From positions 4,189-68,188 of the forward strand of contig JAPLOA010000065.1 of NCBI GenBank assembly GCA_026400835.1: a stretch of DNA of 64,000 bases, given 5' to 3'. Every line of letters begins with the position of its first letter. The stretch's first letter is position 1. Source of the DNA: Planctomycetales bacterium (GTDB lineage: Bacteria; Planctomycetota; Planctomycetia; Planctomycetales; Planctomycetaceae). A model generated the notes under the pieces. The model saw nothing but the letters and a program-made list of their open reading frames with translations, was not told where the DNA came from and did no database searches. Both the position numbers and the translations under genes were made by a program. Of this stretch, positions 55,021 to 64,000 are shown piece after piece.

Positions 55021-56913
55021 ATGGCAGTCTCGGGCGAAAAAATCATCGGTATTGACTTGGGAACAACGAACTCCGTGGTGTCGATCATGGAAGGCGGTGA
55101 ACCAAGAGTCATCGCCAATCAGGAAGGCAGCCGAACGACGCCCAGCGTAATCGCGTTTACCGCGAAGGGCGAAACCCTTGTGGGTGAGCCAGCGAAACGT
55201 CAGGCGGTCACGAACCCTCAGAATACGATCTATTCGATCAAACGATTCATGGGCCGTCGTCACAAGGAAGTCGAGTCCGAAGAGAAGATGGTGCCCTACA
55301 AAGTCGTAGGGGCGCTGACGGACTACGTGAAGGTCAATGTCCACGGCAAGGATCATACGCCTCCGGAAATTTCCGCGTTGGTTCTGCGTAAGCTCAAGGA
55401 AGCCGCAGAAAACTATCTCGGTCATAAAGTCAACAAGGCCGTCATCACCGTACCGGCCTATTTCAACGACGCTCAACGTCAAGCGACAAAAGACGCCGGT
55501 CAGATTGCTGGTCTTGAAGTCGCTCGAATTATCAACGAGCCAACCGCCGCAGCTCTGGCTTATGGACTCGATAAGAAAAAAGAAGAGAAGATCTGCGTCT
55601 TCGACCTCGGTGGTGGTACGTTCGACGTATCGATCCTTGAAGTCGGTGATGAACTGGTCGAAGTTCTCAGCACCAACGGAGACACACACCTTGGTGGTGA
55701 CAATTTCGACGAAGTGCTTATTGACTACATCGCGGCCGAATTCCAGAAGGAACAGAGCATCGATCTGCGTAAGGACCCAATGGCCCTGCAACGTCTGCGT
55801 GAAGCTGCGGAGAAGGCCAAGAAGGAACTGTCGTCACAACAGGCAACTGACATCAATCTGCCGTTCATCACGGCCGACGCAAGTGGTGCGAAACACCTGC
55901 AGCTCAGCATTTCCCGGTCAAAGTTTGAAGAGCTGATTGACCCTCTGGTCGAGCGATGCCGCCAGCCGGTTTTGAATGCTCTGAAAGACGCCAAGCTGAA
56001 GCCAAGCGAGATCCATGAAGTCGTATTAGTTGGGGGCTCAATTCGAGTTCCCAAGGTACAGAAGCTTGTACGGGATATGTTTGGCAAGGAACCTCATCAG
56101 GGCGTAAATCCCGACGAGGTGGTCTCCCTCGGCGCGGCGATTCAGGGCGGGATTATCTCCGGCGATGTGAAAGACGTTGTCCTTCTTGACGTCACTCCTC
56201 TCTCGGTTGGTATCGAAACCGAAGGCGGAATCATGACAGTTCTCGTCGAACGGAATACGACGATCCCAACGACGAAGACCGAGACATTCTCAACCGCCTC
56301 GGACAATCAGCCAGCTGTGACTGTCCGCGTCTTCCAGGGCGAACGCAAGATGGCGTCCGACAACCGCCTGCTGGATGAATTCAACCTTGATGGCATCCCT
56401 GCTGCTCCTCGAGGTGTTCCTCAGATCGAAGTCAAATTCGACATCGACGTGAACGGTATTCTCAGCGTTTCAGCTAAGGACAAAGCCACTGGCAAGGGCC
56501 AGACTGTTCAGATCAAGCAGTCCAGCGGTCTGTCGCCTGACGAAATCGAACGTATGCGAAAAGACGCCGAAGCGCATGCTGACGAAGACAAACAGAAGCA
56601 GGAACTAGCAGCCGCGAAGAATCAGGCTTCGTCTTTGGTCCACCAGACTGAAAAGACCTTGAAGGAGCATGCTGACAAACTGGACGCATCTTCAAAATCT
56701 GCGATTGAGTCTGCGATTGAGAAGGTCAGGAAGTCAGCAGAAGGTTCAGATACTGCCGCGATCAAGGCAGCCACAGATGAACTGATGCAGGCGTCCCACG
56801 CTCTCGCTCAGCACATGTATGCTGACAAAAGTGGTGCCCCTGACGCAGCAGCTGGTGCGGCTCCAAAGAGTGGTGATGACGATGTGATCGATGCTGAGTT
56901 TGAAAAGAAGTAA
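55021..56913 (+). CDS. dnaK: molecular chaperone DnaK (Hsp70)
   Basis: [21 protein letters not shown] and [14 protein letters not shown] motifs. GAGGAG Shine-Dalgarno 7 nt before ATG 55021. The track ORF opens at 54856. Confidence 0.97.
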   Translation: MAVSGEKIIGIDLGTTNSVVSIMEGGEPRVIANQEGSRTTPSVIAFTAKGETLVGEPAKRQAVTNPQNTIYSIKRFMGRRHKEVESEEKMVPYKVVGALTDYVKVNVHGKDHTPPEISALVLRKLKEAAENYLGHKVNKAVITVPAYFNDAQRQATKDAGQIAGLEVARIINEPTAAALAYGLDKKKEEKICVFDLGGGTFDVSILEVGDELVEVLSTNGDTHLGGDNFDEVLIDYIAAEFQKEQSIDLRKDPMALQRLREAAEKAKKELSSQQATDINLPFITADASGAKHLQLSISRSKFEELIDPLVERCRQPVLNALKDAKLKPSEIHEVVLVGGSIRVPKVQKLVRDMFGKEPHQGVNPDEVVSLGAAIQGGIISGDVKDVVLLDVTPLSVGIETEGGIMTVLVERNTTIPTTKTETFSTASDNQPAVTVRVFQGERKMASDNRLLDEFNLDGIPAAPRGVPQIEVKFDIDVNGILSVSAKDKATGKGQTVQIKQSSGLSPDEIERMRKDAEAHADEDKQKQELAAAKNQASSLVHQTEKTLKEHADKLDASSKSAIESAIEKVRKSAEGSDTAAIKAATDELMQASHALAQHMYADKSGAPDAAAGAAPKSGDDDVIDAEFEKK

Positions 56914-56944
56914 TCTCAGACATCTGCAAAGATGGACTGCTGAT

Positions 56945-56978
56945 AAGCCCGGCTTGTTCCCCTCAAGCCGGGCTTTTT
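56945..56978 (+). terminator. rho-independent terminator after dnaK
   Basis: AAGCCCGGCTTG / CAAGCCGGGCTT 12-bp perfect stem, 7-nt loop, T5 run. Confidence 0.8.
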
Positions 56979-57149
56979 CCTGCGCTCGTTATCGTGTGAG
57001 ACCAACTTGACAATACCGGGATGTTGGATTGATGTTCTCTTCACAACCCGAAACGTCAGTAAGGGATCAATGTGCCTTTGTTCTGCGCACAACATCCCTC
57101 GCTGACGCTCGGTCCGGTCTACATTCAGCAGAACTTTGCTGACAGAGCT

Positions 57150-57899
57150 CTATTCCTCCGTCGAACTGCTCGATGAATCTGCTGCGTCTGAAACGGGTTC
57201 GCGAACAAATCGATATCCCGTTCCTCGAATCGACAACAAGTGACGCGGCGAAGAGGGATCCGCCTCGATCATTCGCCGCAGCCGCATCACAAAGTTATCG
57301 ACAGAACGACTGGAAATATCAGCCGAGTCCTTCCAGACATCGGACTGCAGTCGGGCTCGCGACAAGACTACGCCATCGTTCTCCAGGAAATATCGGAGTA
57401 GTTCCTGCTCACGAGTCGTCATCGTGTGAACTTCGTCTTTGTGACGAATCTCAAAGCGACCAAAGTCTGCAATCACATCACCAAAACGCACCACATCATT
57501 GGTTGGCCGAACCGACCTGCGCTCAAGATTGCGGCGACGTCGATCCAGCAGATTTCTAACTCGACTGAGCAGTTCAGGCAATGAAAAAGGCTTCGTCATG
57601 TATTGATCGACGCCGCAGTCAAACGCCTGAATTTTGTCTTCCGACAACGTCCGCGCTGTCAAAGCCAGCACAGGGATTTCTGTATCCAGCCGCCGCAGTG
57701 TTCGACAAATCTCGTAACCACTCATAAGAGGCAACATTAAGTCCAGAACAACCAGATCCACAGGCGGCTGAGCCGACTCATAAAGCTCCAGAGCGGTGGG
57801 TCCATCGGGCGCCAGATCAACCTGATAACCTTCACGCTCGAAGTTGAACCGCAGGCCTCTGGCAATCGCCTCTTCATCTTCAACAACCAGAATTCTCAT
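57150..57899 (-). CDS. OmpR/PhoB-family response regulator
   Basis: 249 aa. Receiver domain (MRILVVEDEE...DLVVLDLMLP...KPF) plus winged-helix output (LSIRGTGYRF). Confidence 0.9.
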   Translation of the reverse strand: MRILVVEDEEAIARGLRFNFEREGYQVDLAPDGPTALELYESAQPPVDLVVLDLMLPLMSGYEICRTLRRLDTEIPVLALTARTLSEDKIQAFDCGVDQYMTKPFSLPELLSRVRNLLDRRRRNLERRSVRPTNDVVRFGDVIADFGRFEIRHKDEVHTMTTREQELLRYFLENDGVVLSRARLQSDVWKDSADISSRSVDNFVMRLRRMIEADPSSPRHLLSIRGTGYRFVREPVSDAADSSSSSTEE

Positions 57900-57981
57900 G
57901 GCTCAAACTCCCTCACAACAAGTTGCGAATCATCAAAGCCTACCTGTAGTTTGAAAACTTCCACAGAGCCCAGAATCATCG

Positions 57982-58998
57982 CTATTGCGCCTTCTCTTTT
58001 CCCGACAACGCCAACTCTGACACGCGGCTGCGAGTCTCACGATGCTCAGACTCCGGAAGATCCAATTGTCTTCCTGGCAGAGTCACCTCAAAGACCGATC
58101 CGCCTCCGGATTCCGCATCCAGCACGACAACTCGACCTTTCAACAACCCAACCAGAGTTCGCACAATATAGAGTCCCAATCCGGTTCCTGTTTTCGTGCG
58201 ATGCAGCTCATCGTTCCCTCGAACAAACATCTGGAAGATACGCCGCCGATTCTCAGGTGCCACCCCTGCTCCGTTATCACGAACTCTCACGACCACCTGA
58301 TTGCGTCCGCGGGAAAACGCGTGCACGGTCACCTTAGGAGGCTTCCCGCCATACTTCACGGCATTGTCGAGTAGATTTCCGAAGATCATTTCCAGCAGCA
58401 GACGACGAGACGTCAACGCCAGCGGAGCAACTTCAAATCGAAACACATCGTTGAACTCCTGCTTATGATGCAGGCATGCGGCATTCGCACATTGGCGGAG
58501 CAAATCTTCCAGATGAATCGTCTCGGGCTCCGTCTGATGACCAATGGCGTCAAGACGTCCGACCTCCAGCAGTTGATTAATCAATCGATCGAGCCGCCCC
58601 AGTTCGGTATTCATCGTCTCATAAAATTCCCGCCGATCAGCCGCCTCTGGCTCGCGCATAAGCAGCGTATCCAGGTAAAGTCTGAGTGCGGCAATCGGAG
58701 TTTTCAGTTCATGCGTCACACTGTCCACAAAGTTCGACTGCCGTCGATTGAGCTGGATTTCTTTGATCGTGAGAAACGAATAAAATGAGATTCCGAACAA
58801 ACTGATCGCCAGGGCGATGGATCCCAGCGTCAGCGCCAGCCACGAACTTTGCCGGGCCAGAAGCACGATCAAAACGGCCATCAAGGCAATGTTGACGGTC
58901 ATCAACAGAACGCTGCTCCAGATGGGCAGGCTCAGATGACGGCGTTTTCGGCGAAAGTCGGCCACTGGAAAGTCCATTACTACCAAAATCTCGGACAA
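57982..58998 (-). CDS. sensor histidine kinase (HisKA + HATPase_c) with minimal membrane sensor
   Basis: 338 aa. Two adjacent TM helices with essentially no periplasmic loop. H-box SVTHELKTPIAAL, N-box GNLLDNAVKY, G-boxes DNGAGV and GTGLGLYIV. Confidence 0.88.
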   Translation of the reverse strand: MSEILVVMDFPVADFRRKRRHLSLPIWSSVLLMTVNIALMAVLIVLLARQSSWLALTLGSIALAISLFGISFYSFLTIKEIQLNRRQSNFVDSVTHELKTPIAALRLYLDTLLMREPEAADRREFYETMNTELGRLDRLINQLLEVGRLDAIGHQTEPETIHLEDLLRQCANAACLHHKQEFNDVFRFEVAPLALTSRRLLLEMIFGNLLDNAVKYGGKPPKVTVHAFSRGRNQVVVRVRDNGAGVAPENRRRIFQMFVRGNDELHRTKTGTGLGLYIVRTLVGLLKGRVVVLDAESGGGSVFEVTLPGRQLDLPESEHRETRSRVSELALSGKEKAQ

Positions 58999-59128
58999 TT
59001 AACCGATATGGTACCCTGAAAATGAGTCAAACAACAACGGGTGAGAGTTCTATGCGTGAAACGGCTGCGGGCTTTCTGTAGACTCCGCGACCTCCTTCTT
59101 CTCTATCTCCAGATCAAGTGGTTCCGGA

Positions 59129-60241
59129 ATGTCTGTTTCTGAAGTCTCTGAATTTGTTGATTCGTCGCGATCCGAATTGTCCTGGAATGAAATGGCCGAT
59201 CTGGTCCTCGCGGGCGAATCTTTGTCGCGCGCGGATGCCATGAGAATCCTGCGAGCCGACGACGACCAATTGCTGGCCATTCTGGACGCGGCCTATCGAG
59301 TCCGTCGGGAGTACTTCGGGAAAACGGTTCAGCTCTACTATTTGAAGAACGCGAAAAGCGGTCTCTGCCCGGAAGACTGCAATTACTGCTCACAGTCCAG
59401 GATCTCCGAAGCGCCGATTGAAAAGTATGCGATGCTGAATGCCGAACGACTGCTGGACGGTGCTCGCAAAGCGGCCGAAAGCAAGGCTCGAACTTATTGC
59501 ATCGTGGCCAGCGGTCGTGGTCCAAGCGATCGTGAAGTCGATCACGTCGCCAATGTCGTGCGTCAGATCAAAGACCAATACGGCCTGCACATTTGCTGCT
59601 GCCTTGGACTGCTGAAGCCTGAGCAGGCTCTCAAGCTGAAGGCTGCTGGTGTGGATCGAGTCAACCATAACCTGAATACCAGCGAACGCTATCACGAAGA
59701 AATCTGCACGACTCACACGTTCAAAGATCGCCTCGAAACGCTCGACATCTGTCGCAGCGCCGGACTGGAACTGTGTGCCGGCATGATTGTGGGCATGGGC
59801 GAAGTTCATGAAGACGTCGTCGATGTGGCAATCAAGCTTTCCGAGCTGAACGTTGAATCGATTCCGATCAACTTTTTGAACTCAATCGAAGGAACTCCCC
59901 TGCAGGCTGTCCGCGAACTGGATCCGAGATTCTGCCTGAAAGTCCTTGCGATGTTCCGTCTGACAAATCCAAAAGCGGAACTGCGAATCGCCGGTGGGCG
60001 TGAAGTCAATCTGCGATCCATGCAGACGATGGGCCTTTATCCGGCCAACTCGATGTTTGTCAGCGACTATCTGACAACGCCCGGCCAGAAGGCTGAAGAA
60101 GACTTCCGCATGATCTCCGATCTGGGCTTCCAGATTACGGCCGGAGATTATGAATCGTCGAAGTTGCTGGATCTCTGGAACACGCCTCACACAAAAAGCT
60201 GTGCGGCCGAAACACCGGGTTCGGGCAGCTGCTGTGGCTGA
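59129..60241 (+). CDS. bioB: biotin synthase (radical SAM)
   Basis: CPEDCNYCSQS (CxxxCxxC), then YCIVASGRG and NHNLNTS. Cys-rich C-terminal extension (SCAAETPGSGSCCG). Confidence 0.92.
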   Translation: MSVSEVSEFVDSSRSELSWNEMADLVLAGESLSRADAMRILRADDDQLLAILDAAYRVRREYFGKTVQLYYLKNAKSGLCPEDCNYCSQSRISEAPIEKYAMLNAERLLDGARKAAESKARTYCIVASGRGPSDREVDHVANVVRQIKDQYGLHICCCLGLLKPEQALKLKAAGVDRVNHNLNTSERYHEEICTTHTFKDRLETLDICRSAGLELCAGMIVGMGEVHEDVVDVAIKLSELNVESIPINFLNSIEGTPLQAVRELDPRFCLKVLAMFRLTNPKAELRIAGGREVNLRSMQTMGLYPANSMFVSDYLTTPGQKAEEDFRMISDLGFQITAGDYESSKLLDLWNTPHTKSCAAETPGSGSCCG

Positions 60242-60299
60242 TTCATAATCAGCGCGACTTTCGGTGGATCTCAGTGGATGGGAATTTGGATAGCAACGG

Positions 60300-61004
60300 A
60301 TGGCTGCTGAAAATCTGATCGTCGCTCCGGGCCCTCGCCTGGAAACTGTTCTTACAACTGATGGCCAGGTCCTGACGCCACCGCAGGACTGGTCGCTTCT
60401 GCTTCCCGGAGATCCCGGCCTGACTCGCCGCGTCAAAGCGGCCGGGCCGTCGTGGACTGTGCAGGAAAAGCGAGGTAGCAAGATCTTTTCTCAGGGCGTC
60501 TGGGCTCCCAAAGCCAACATTGCTGCGGCGATGAAGCAACTGGAAGCCGAACGTTCCACAGAAGCTTATGCGAAAAAGCAGGCCGCCGGAGCACGACGAC
60601 GCGAAAAGCTGCAGACCGAGTACGTCGTCTCCTTTCGCGACTCCGTGCTGGAGTTCCTTGCATTTGCACCTGTCTATCAGGCTTTAGCCGAACGCTTAGC
60701 CGATGCGATTGCCGCACATGCTACGCCTGTCGGCAGCGGCACTGTCGCCAGAACTCAGCGGATTCCCATCGAACAACGTGCTGAGGCAGCCGTGATCGCG
60801 TGGATGAGACATCAAACCACGCTTTACGATCAGATGAAGATTCCTCGCATCAAGGGAGAGCGCCGCGAAGTACGCCGACTACTGGCTCAGCAATCACGTC
60901 GTTTGCTGCAACTCTATCGCGAAGGCACTCCTGTGCCAGCGACATCATGCCTGCTGACAAAAGCCCTGGCGCAGCCATCGCTCAAAGAGGAATCTGTGCG
61001 TTGA
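60300..61004 (+). CDS. DUF2293-like protein
   Basis: 234 aa. AAVIAWMRHQTTLYDQMKIPRIKGERREVRRLL resembles the DUF2293 core (a..a.iRH..TdYD.ll). A memory-based call. Confidence 0.45.
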   Translation: MAAENLIVAPGPRLETVLTTDGQVLTPPQDWSLLLPGDPGLTRRVKAAGPSWTVQEKRGSKIFSQGVWAPKANIAAAMKQLEAERSTEAYAKKQAAGARRREKLQTEYVVSFRDSVLEFLAFAPVYQALAERLADAIAAHATPVGSGTVARTQRIPIEQRAEAAVIAWMRHQTTLYDQMKIPRIKGERREVRRLLAQQSRRLLQLYREGTPVPATSCLLTKALAQPSLKEESVR

Positions 61005-61135
61005 TTCCTTCCATAAGCCAATACCGTTTCTGTAGCCGCCAGGAATGTGTTTGCCGCGCGAACTCGTACTGGTAGAGTCGAGGGCACAGATACCAAACGA
61101 AACGCCGGACGCTTGAAAGGACAAAGTGCCTTGAA

Positions 61136-61387
61136 ATGGTCACAAATGCGACTGAGAGCGTTGCAGAAGCTGCAAAGCGGATTTACGTAGCGACACTAAG
61201 GGAAACGCTTGAAGCGAAATCCCTTAATGCTTTTGTGGCGATTGAACCTGTCTCCGGAGAATATTTCATCGGGGCGACGCTTAGTGAAGCGATTGGAGCC
61301 GCCCGCGAAAAGTTCCCGAACCGTTTGGCCCACGCATCGCGTATTGGGCATCAGGCAGCGGTAGAGTTTGGCAGAGAGATCCAATGA
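61136..61387 (+). CDS. small hypothetical protein (83 aa)
   Basis: ORF with plausible composition; no motif recognised. Its stop overlaps an ATG (ATGA) that opens only a 15-codon stub. Confidence 0.4.
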   Translation: MVTNATESVAEAAKRIYVATLRETLEAKSLNAFVAIEPVSGEYFIGATLSEAIGAAREKFPNRLAHASRIGHQAAVEFGREIQ

Positions 61388-61696
61388 AAGGGTCTTTGAA
61401 AGTGACGGTGATCGCGCGTTACTGGGTGTAGGACTTCCGCTCGGATTAGAGCATCGAGCCAATTATCGTACAATGTCGTTGACGCTTATGAATGGGTAGC
61501 AGCCCATATCGCACTAAAGCTGATTGCCGTGGCGATCGACTGGCGAAAATCGGGTTCGGAGTGCTTCGGACCCCGAAGTGACTTGAAAGAACACCGGCAC
61601 GGTCGCATACAATACGAAATTGTGGTCCCGGATGATTTCCTGAGGCTGCACCAACGCAATTCGGGCGACGGACCCGGCTCCTTCAGGGCAATTTCT

Positions 61697-62161
61697 GTGC
61701 GATGTCCCTACTGTAAACATGACGAAACCAAAGTCATTGACTCGCGAAACAGTCAGGACTTTTCTATCCGTCGCCGTCGCGAATGCCTCAGCTGCGAGCG
61801 CCGATTTACAACGTACGAAAAGATTGAAGAGTCTCCCGTCCGTGTCATCAAGAAGGATGGCACTCGAGTTCCCTTTGATAGGGAAAAGATCCGCTCGGGA
61901 GTGGAGAAGGCCTGCTACAAACGCCCGATTAGTCCTGAACAAATTGATCTGCTCGTTGGTGACGTTGAAGCGGCGATCTACGAAGATGGCGAACGAGAAG
62001 TTCCTTCTCGCCTGATCGGCGAACTCGTCTTCAGTGCCCTGCGAGATCTCGACAAGGTCGCGTTTGTACGCTTTGCGTCGGTGTATCGTGAGTTCCAGGA
62101 CGTGCATGACTTCGTGGATGAATTGCAACCCATTCTGGATAATCGTCGGCGAGAGTCGTGA
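61697..62161 (+). CDS. nrdR: transcriptional repressor NrdR
   Basis: (V/M)[16 protein letters not shown]...[17 protein letters not shown] zinc ribbon plus an ATP-cone. A GTG 61697 start fits the canonical MRCPFC N-terminus. The track ORF opens at 61529. Confidence 0.92.
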   Translation: MRCPYCKHDETKVIDSRNSQDFSIRRRRECLSCERRFTTYEKIEESPVRVIKKDGTRVPFDREKIRSGVEKACYKRPISPEQIDLLVGDVEAAIYEDGEREVPSRLIGELVFSALRDLDKVAFVRFASVYREFQDVHDFVDELQPILDNRRRES

Positions 62162-62235
62162 CACCCGAAACAACGGAATCCCCACGAGCCTCTGCACCTC
62201 GCGCGCAGATCAGACGTTTTCAGATTCCTCGAGCG

Positions 62236-64000
62236 ATGGCGATTGGCGGACTTCTGGTCTGCGGGATATGGCTTAACGATCGACTGGGCGTTCGGAGTGT
62301 ATTCGCCATCTCAGCCTGCTGCCTGCTGACCTTGATTGCTCACATCGCGGCCCGCCGCCGATTCTACGGAACAGAAGGCATCGCGTTGGCTCTGGCGATC
62401 GTTTCTCTGGGCGGCTCGCTACAAGCCGTCAGAGATTCAGCCGAAGATGGACGCGACATTGCTCAGCTGATTACCAGTCGACAGATTGATACGGACTCCG
62501 CAATTCGTCTTACAGGAGTTGTCGCCAATATCCCGGCTTTGGATTCTGTCGTTGATTCTCGGCCGTACGGATCCACCGGCAGCCAGCAAATTCGAACACT
62601 CTTTCTGCTGCGAGCATCCGGTGTTGGCAGTTCTGACGAGCCATTAGCGGTTCGAGGACTTTGCCGTGTCCTGGTTGAAGGCGACGCGACAGCTCTGCTG
62701 AGATGGGGCGATCATGTCGAATTGTTGGCAGAACTGGATACCGCTCGACCGCCGTTGAACCCTGGTGAGTTTGACTTTCAGCGTCATCTGCAGAGAAGCG
62801 GAATCTCGGCCATGTTGTTTGTGAAACACGCGGCCGCCATCCAGGTAAGAAAAACGACATGGTGGTCTCCGGCATCATTGCTGACCACATTTCGCCAACA
62901 GACTGTGGCGGCGTTGAAGACTAACCTTTCTCCTGAGAACCGTGCGACCGCTGAAGCATTGCTGCTTGGAAATCGAGGCCATTTGACGCCTGATCTGGAA
63001 CGAGACTTCATTGCCAGCGGAACGATGCATTTATTGGCCATCTCTGGACTGCATGTCGGGATCCTGTATGTTTTTCTGGTCCGCCTGTTGAACCTGCTGC
63101 TGATTACCAGAACACGATCGCTGCTGCTGGCCGGTCTGGTGTGCGTGCTATACTGCTTCCTGACAGACCTGCGGCCTTCCGTCATGCGTTCAACGGTTTT
63201 CATTGCCCTGCATGTGCTTGGACAAATCTGTGTTCGTGAAATGCGAATCGGCTCACTGATCGGCGTCACGGCGATTGTGCTGCTGATCTTTGACCCCAGT
63301 ATCGCATTCGACGTCGGCGCGTGGCTTTCATTCCTCTGCGTCGGCGCGCTGGGCTGGGTGGCAGAACGCACGCCGGTTTGTGAAGACCACGATGCTCCTC
63401 CGGAAGCTTTGACCTGGCAGGAAAAGTTCAGCGAGTTTTACTCCGGATTGCGCGAATGGCTTGGCAAGAGTTATCAGCAGATGCTGGCCGTCACGTTGCT
63501 GTCTGCTCCGCTGGTGGCAACTCAATTTCATGTCGTGTCGCTGACCGGGATGCTGATCAATCTGCTGCTGATTCCGTTCACGACAGCCACTCTGATCGTC
63601 GGCTATGTGTTTATTGCCGCAGGATTGGCCGTGCCTCCCTTAGCGATTATCCCGGGAACGATATTCGGACTTTGCCTGACTGTTCTGAATGGCGCCGTGA
63701 GTTTCTCTGCAGATGTCCGGCTGGGCTTTGTCACGATTCCTGATCTGCCTGCCTGGTTTCTGCCGGCCTACTACTCCCTGTTAACAGCATCCGCGCTGGC
63801 CTCCAGGTCATCGACTCGGCAGACATTGCGAGTCATTCTGTTGGCACTGGTCACCCTGCTCTTTCGTAACGTCTGCATCAGCCCCGAATCACCGAATCTG
63901 GAATGCACCGTGCTGAGCGTTGGTCATGGGAACGCGACCGTCGTGGAAACTCCGGACGGGCATGTCCTGCTGTTTGACGCTGGCGCCCTGAACCGAGGCG
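62236..64000 (+). CDS. comEC: ComEC/Rec2 DNA internalisation channel (partial, continues beyond the window)
   Basis: Not in the ORF track because it has no stop in the window. I translated frame 1 by hand from 62158 to 64000 and found no stops. DUF4131-like N-terminus, the Competence-domain motif ASGTMHLLAISGLHVGI, and the start of a metallo-beta-lactamase domain (LSVGHGNATVVETPDGHVLLFDAG). Alternative start GTG 62158 overlaps the nrdR stop (GTGA). Confidence 0.88.
   Translation, partial: MAIGGLLVCGIWLNDRLGVRSVFAISACCLLTLIAHIAARRRFYGTEGIALALAIVSLGGSLQAVRDSAEDGRDIAQLITSRQIDTDSAIRLTGVVANIPALDSVVDSRPYGSTGSQQIRTLFLLRASGVGSSDEPLAVRGLCRVLVEGDATALLRWGDHVELLAELDTARPPLNPGEFDFQRHLQRSGISAMLFVKHAAAIQVRKTTWWSPASLLTTFRQQTVAALKTNLSPENRATAEALLLGNRGHLTPDLERDFIASGTMHLLAISGLHVGILYVFLVRLLNLLLITRTRSLLLAGLVCVLYCFLTDLRPSVMRSTVFIALHVLGQICVREMRIGSLIGVTAIVLLIFDPSIAFDVGAWLSFLCVGALGWVAERTPVCEDHDAPPEALTWQEKFSEFYSGLREWLGKSYQQMLAVTLLSAPLVATQFHVVSLTGMLINLLLIPFTTATLIVGYVFIAAGLAVPPLAIIPGTIFGLCLTVLNGAVSFSADVRLGFVTIPDLPAWFLPAYYSLLTASALASRSSTRQTLRVILLALVTLLFRNVCISPESPNLECTVLSVGHGNATVVETPDGHVLLFDAGALNRG

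Noticed and set aside
54952-55791. 279-aa minus-strand ORF, plus the 55337..55936 plus-strand ORF
   Set aside because: One is antisense to dnaK and the other is out of frame within it. Both are shadow ORFs of a highly expressed gene.
61514-62197. 227-aa minus-strand ORF
   Set aside because: Antisense to nrdR.
62510-63531. Minus-strand ORFs 62510..62890, 62784..63371 and 63328..63531
   Set aside because: Antisense to the open-ended ComEC reading frame, which carries diagnostic Competence-domain motifs.

Overview
Core chromosomal segment, about 52-54% GC by eye, most likely from a member of Planctomycetota. The phylum call rests on gene families that are expanded there: a DUF1559 prepilin-like gene, a DUF1549/DUF1553 plus DUF1501 pair, two ECF sigma modules and many exported proteins of unknown function. 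I support about 58 protein-coding genes, called from motifs in the supplied translations; no homology search was possible. Housekeeping blocks: rpmF-plsX-fabD; miaA; ctc-pth-rpsF-ssb-rplI-dnaB; queF-argH; trpA; metG; yicC-gmk-rpoZ-coaC-coaB; tpiA-secG; pheA; dnaK; bioB; nrdR-comEC (comEC runs off the 3' end). I found no rRNA, tRNA, CRISPR array, transposase, integrase or recognisable defence system. The most interesting items: (1) a tightly coupled operon encoding a Hanks Ser/Thr kinase, an FHA-GGDEF diguanylate cyclase and an exported transglutaminase-like protein with a poly-acidic tail (29.6-33.5 kb). (2) Two dense clusters of nested palindromic REP/MITE-like repeats bracketing a DUF1559 gene (45.3-48.15 kb), with one repeat family recurring at 16.7 kb. 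(3) An RCK-gated 2-TM channel whose selectivity filter reads TTVGCRE instead of TVGYGD. (4) Candidate operator dyads upstream of dnaK and of a tandem hsp20 pair. (5) Several atypical architectures of housekeeping genes: split coaC/coaB, SecG with a ~150-aa low-complexity tail, RadC with a ~95-aa N-terminal extension, and rpsF-ssb-rplI without rpsR. Many long ORFs in the track are antisense shadows or translations of repeats and were rejected.
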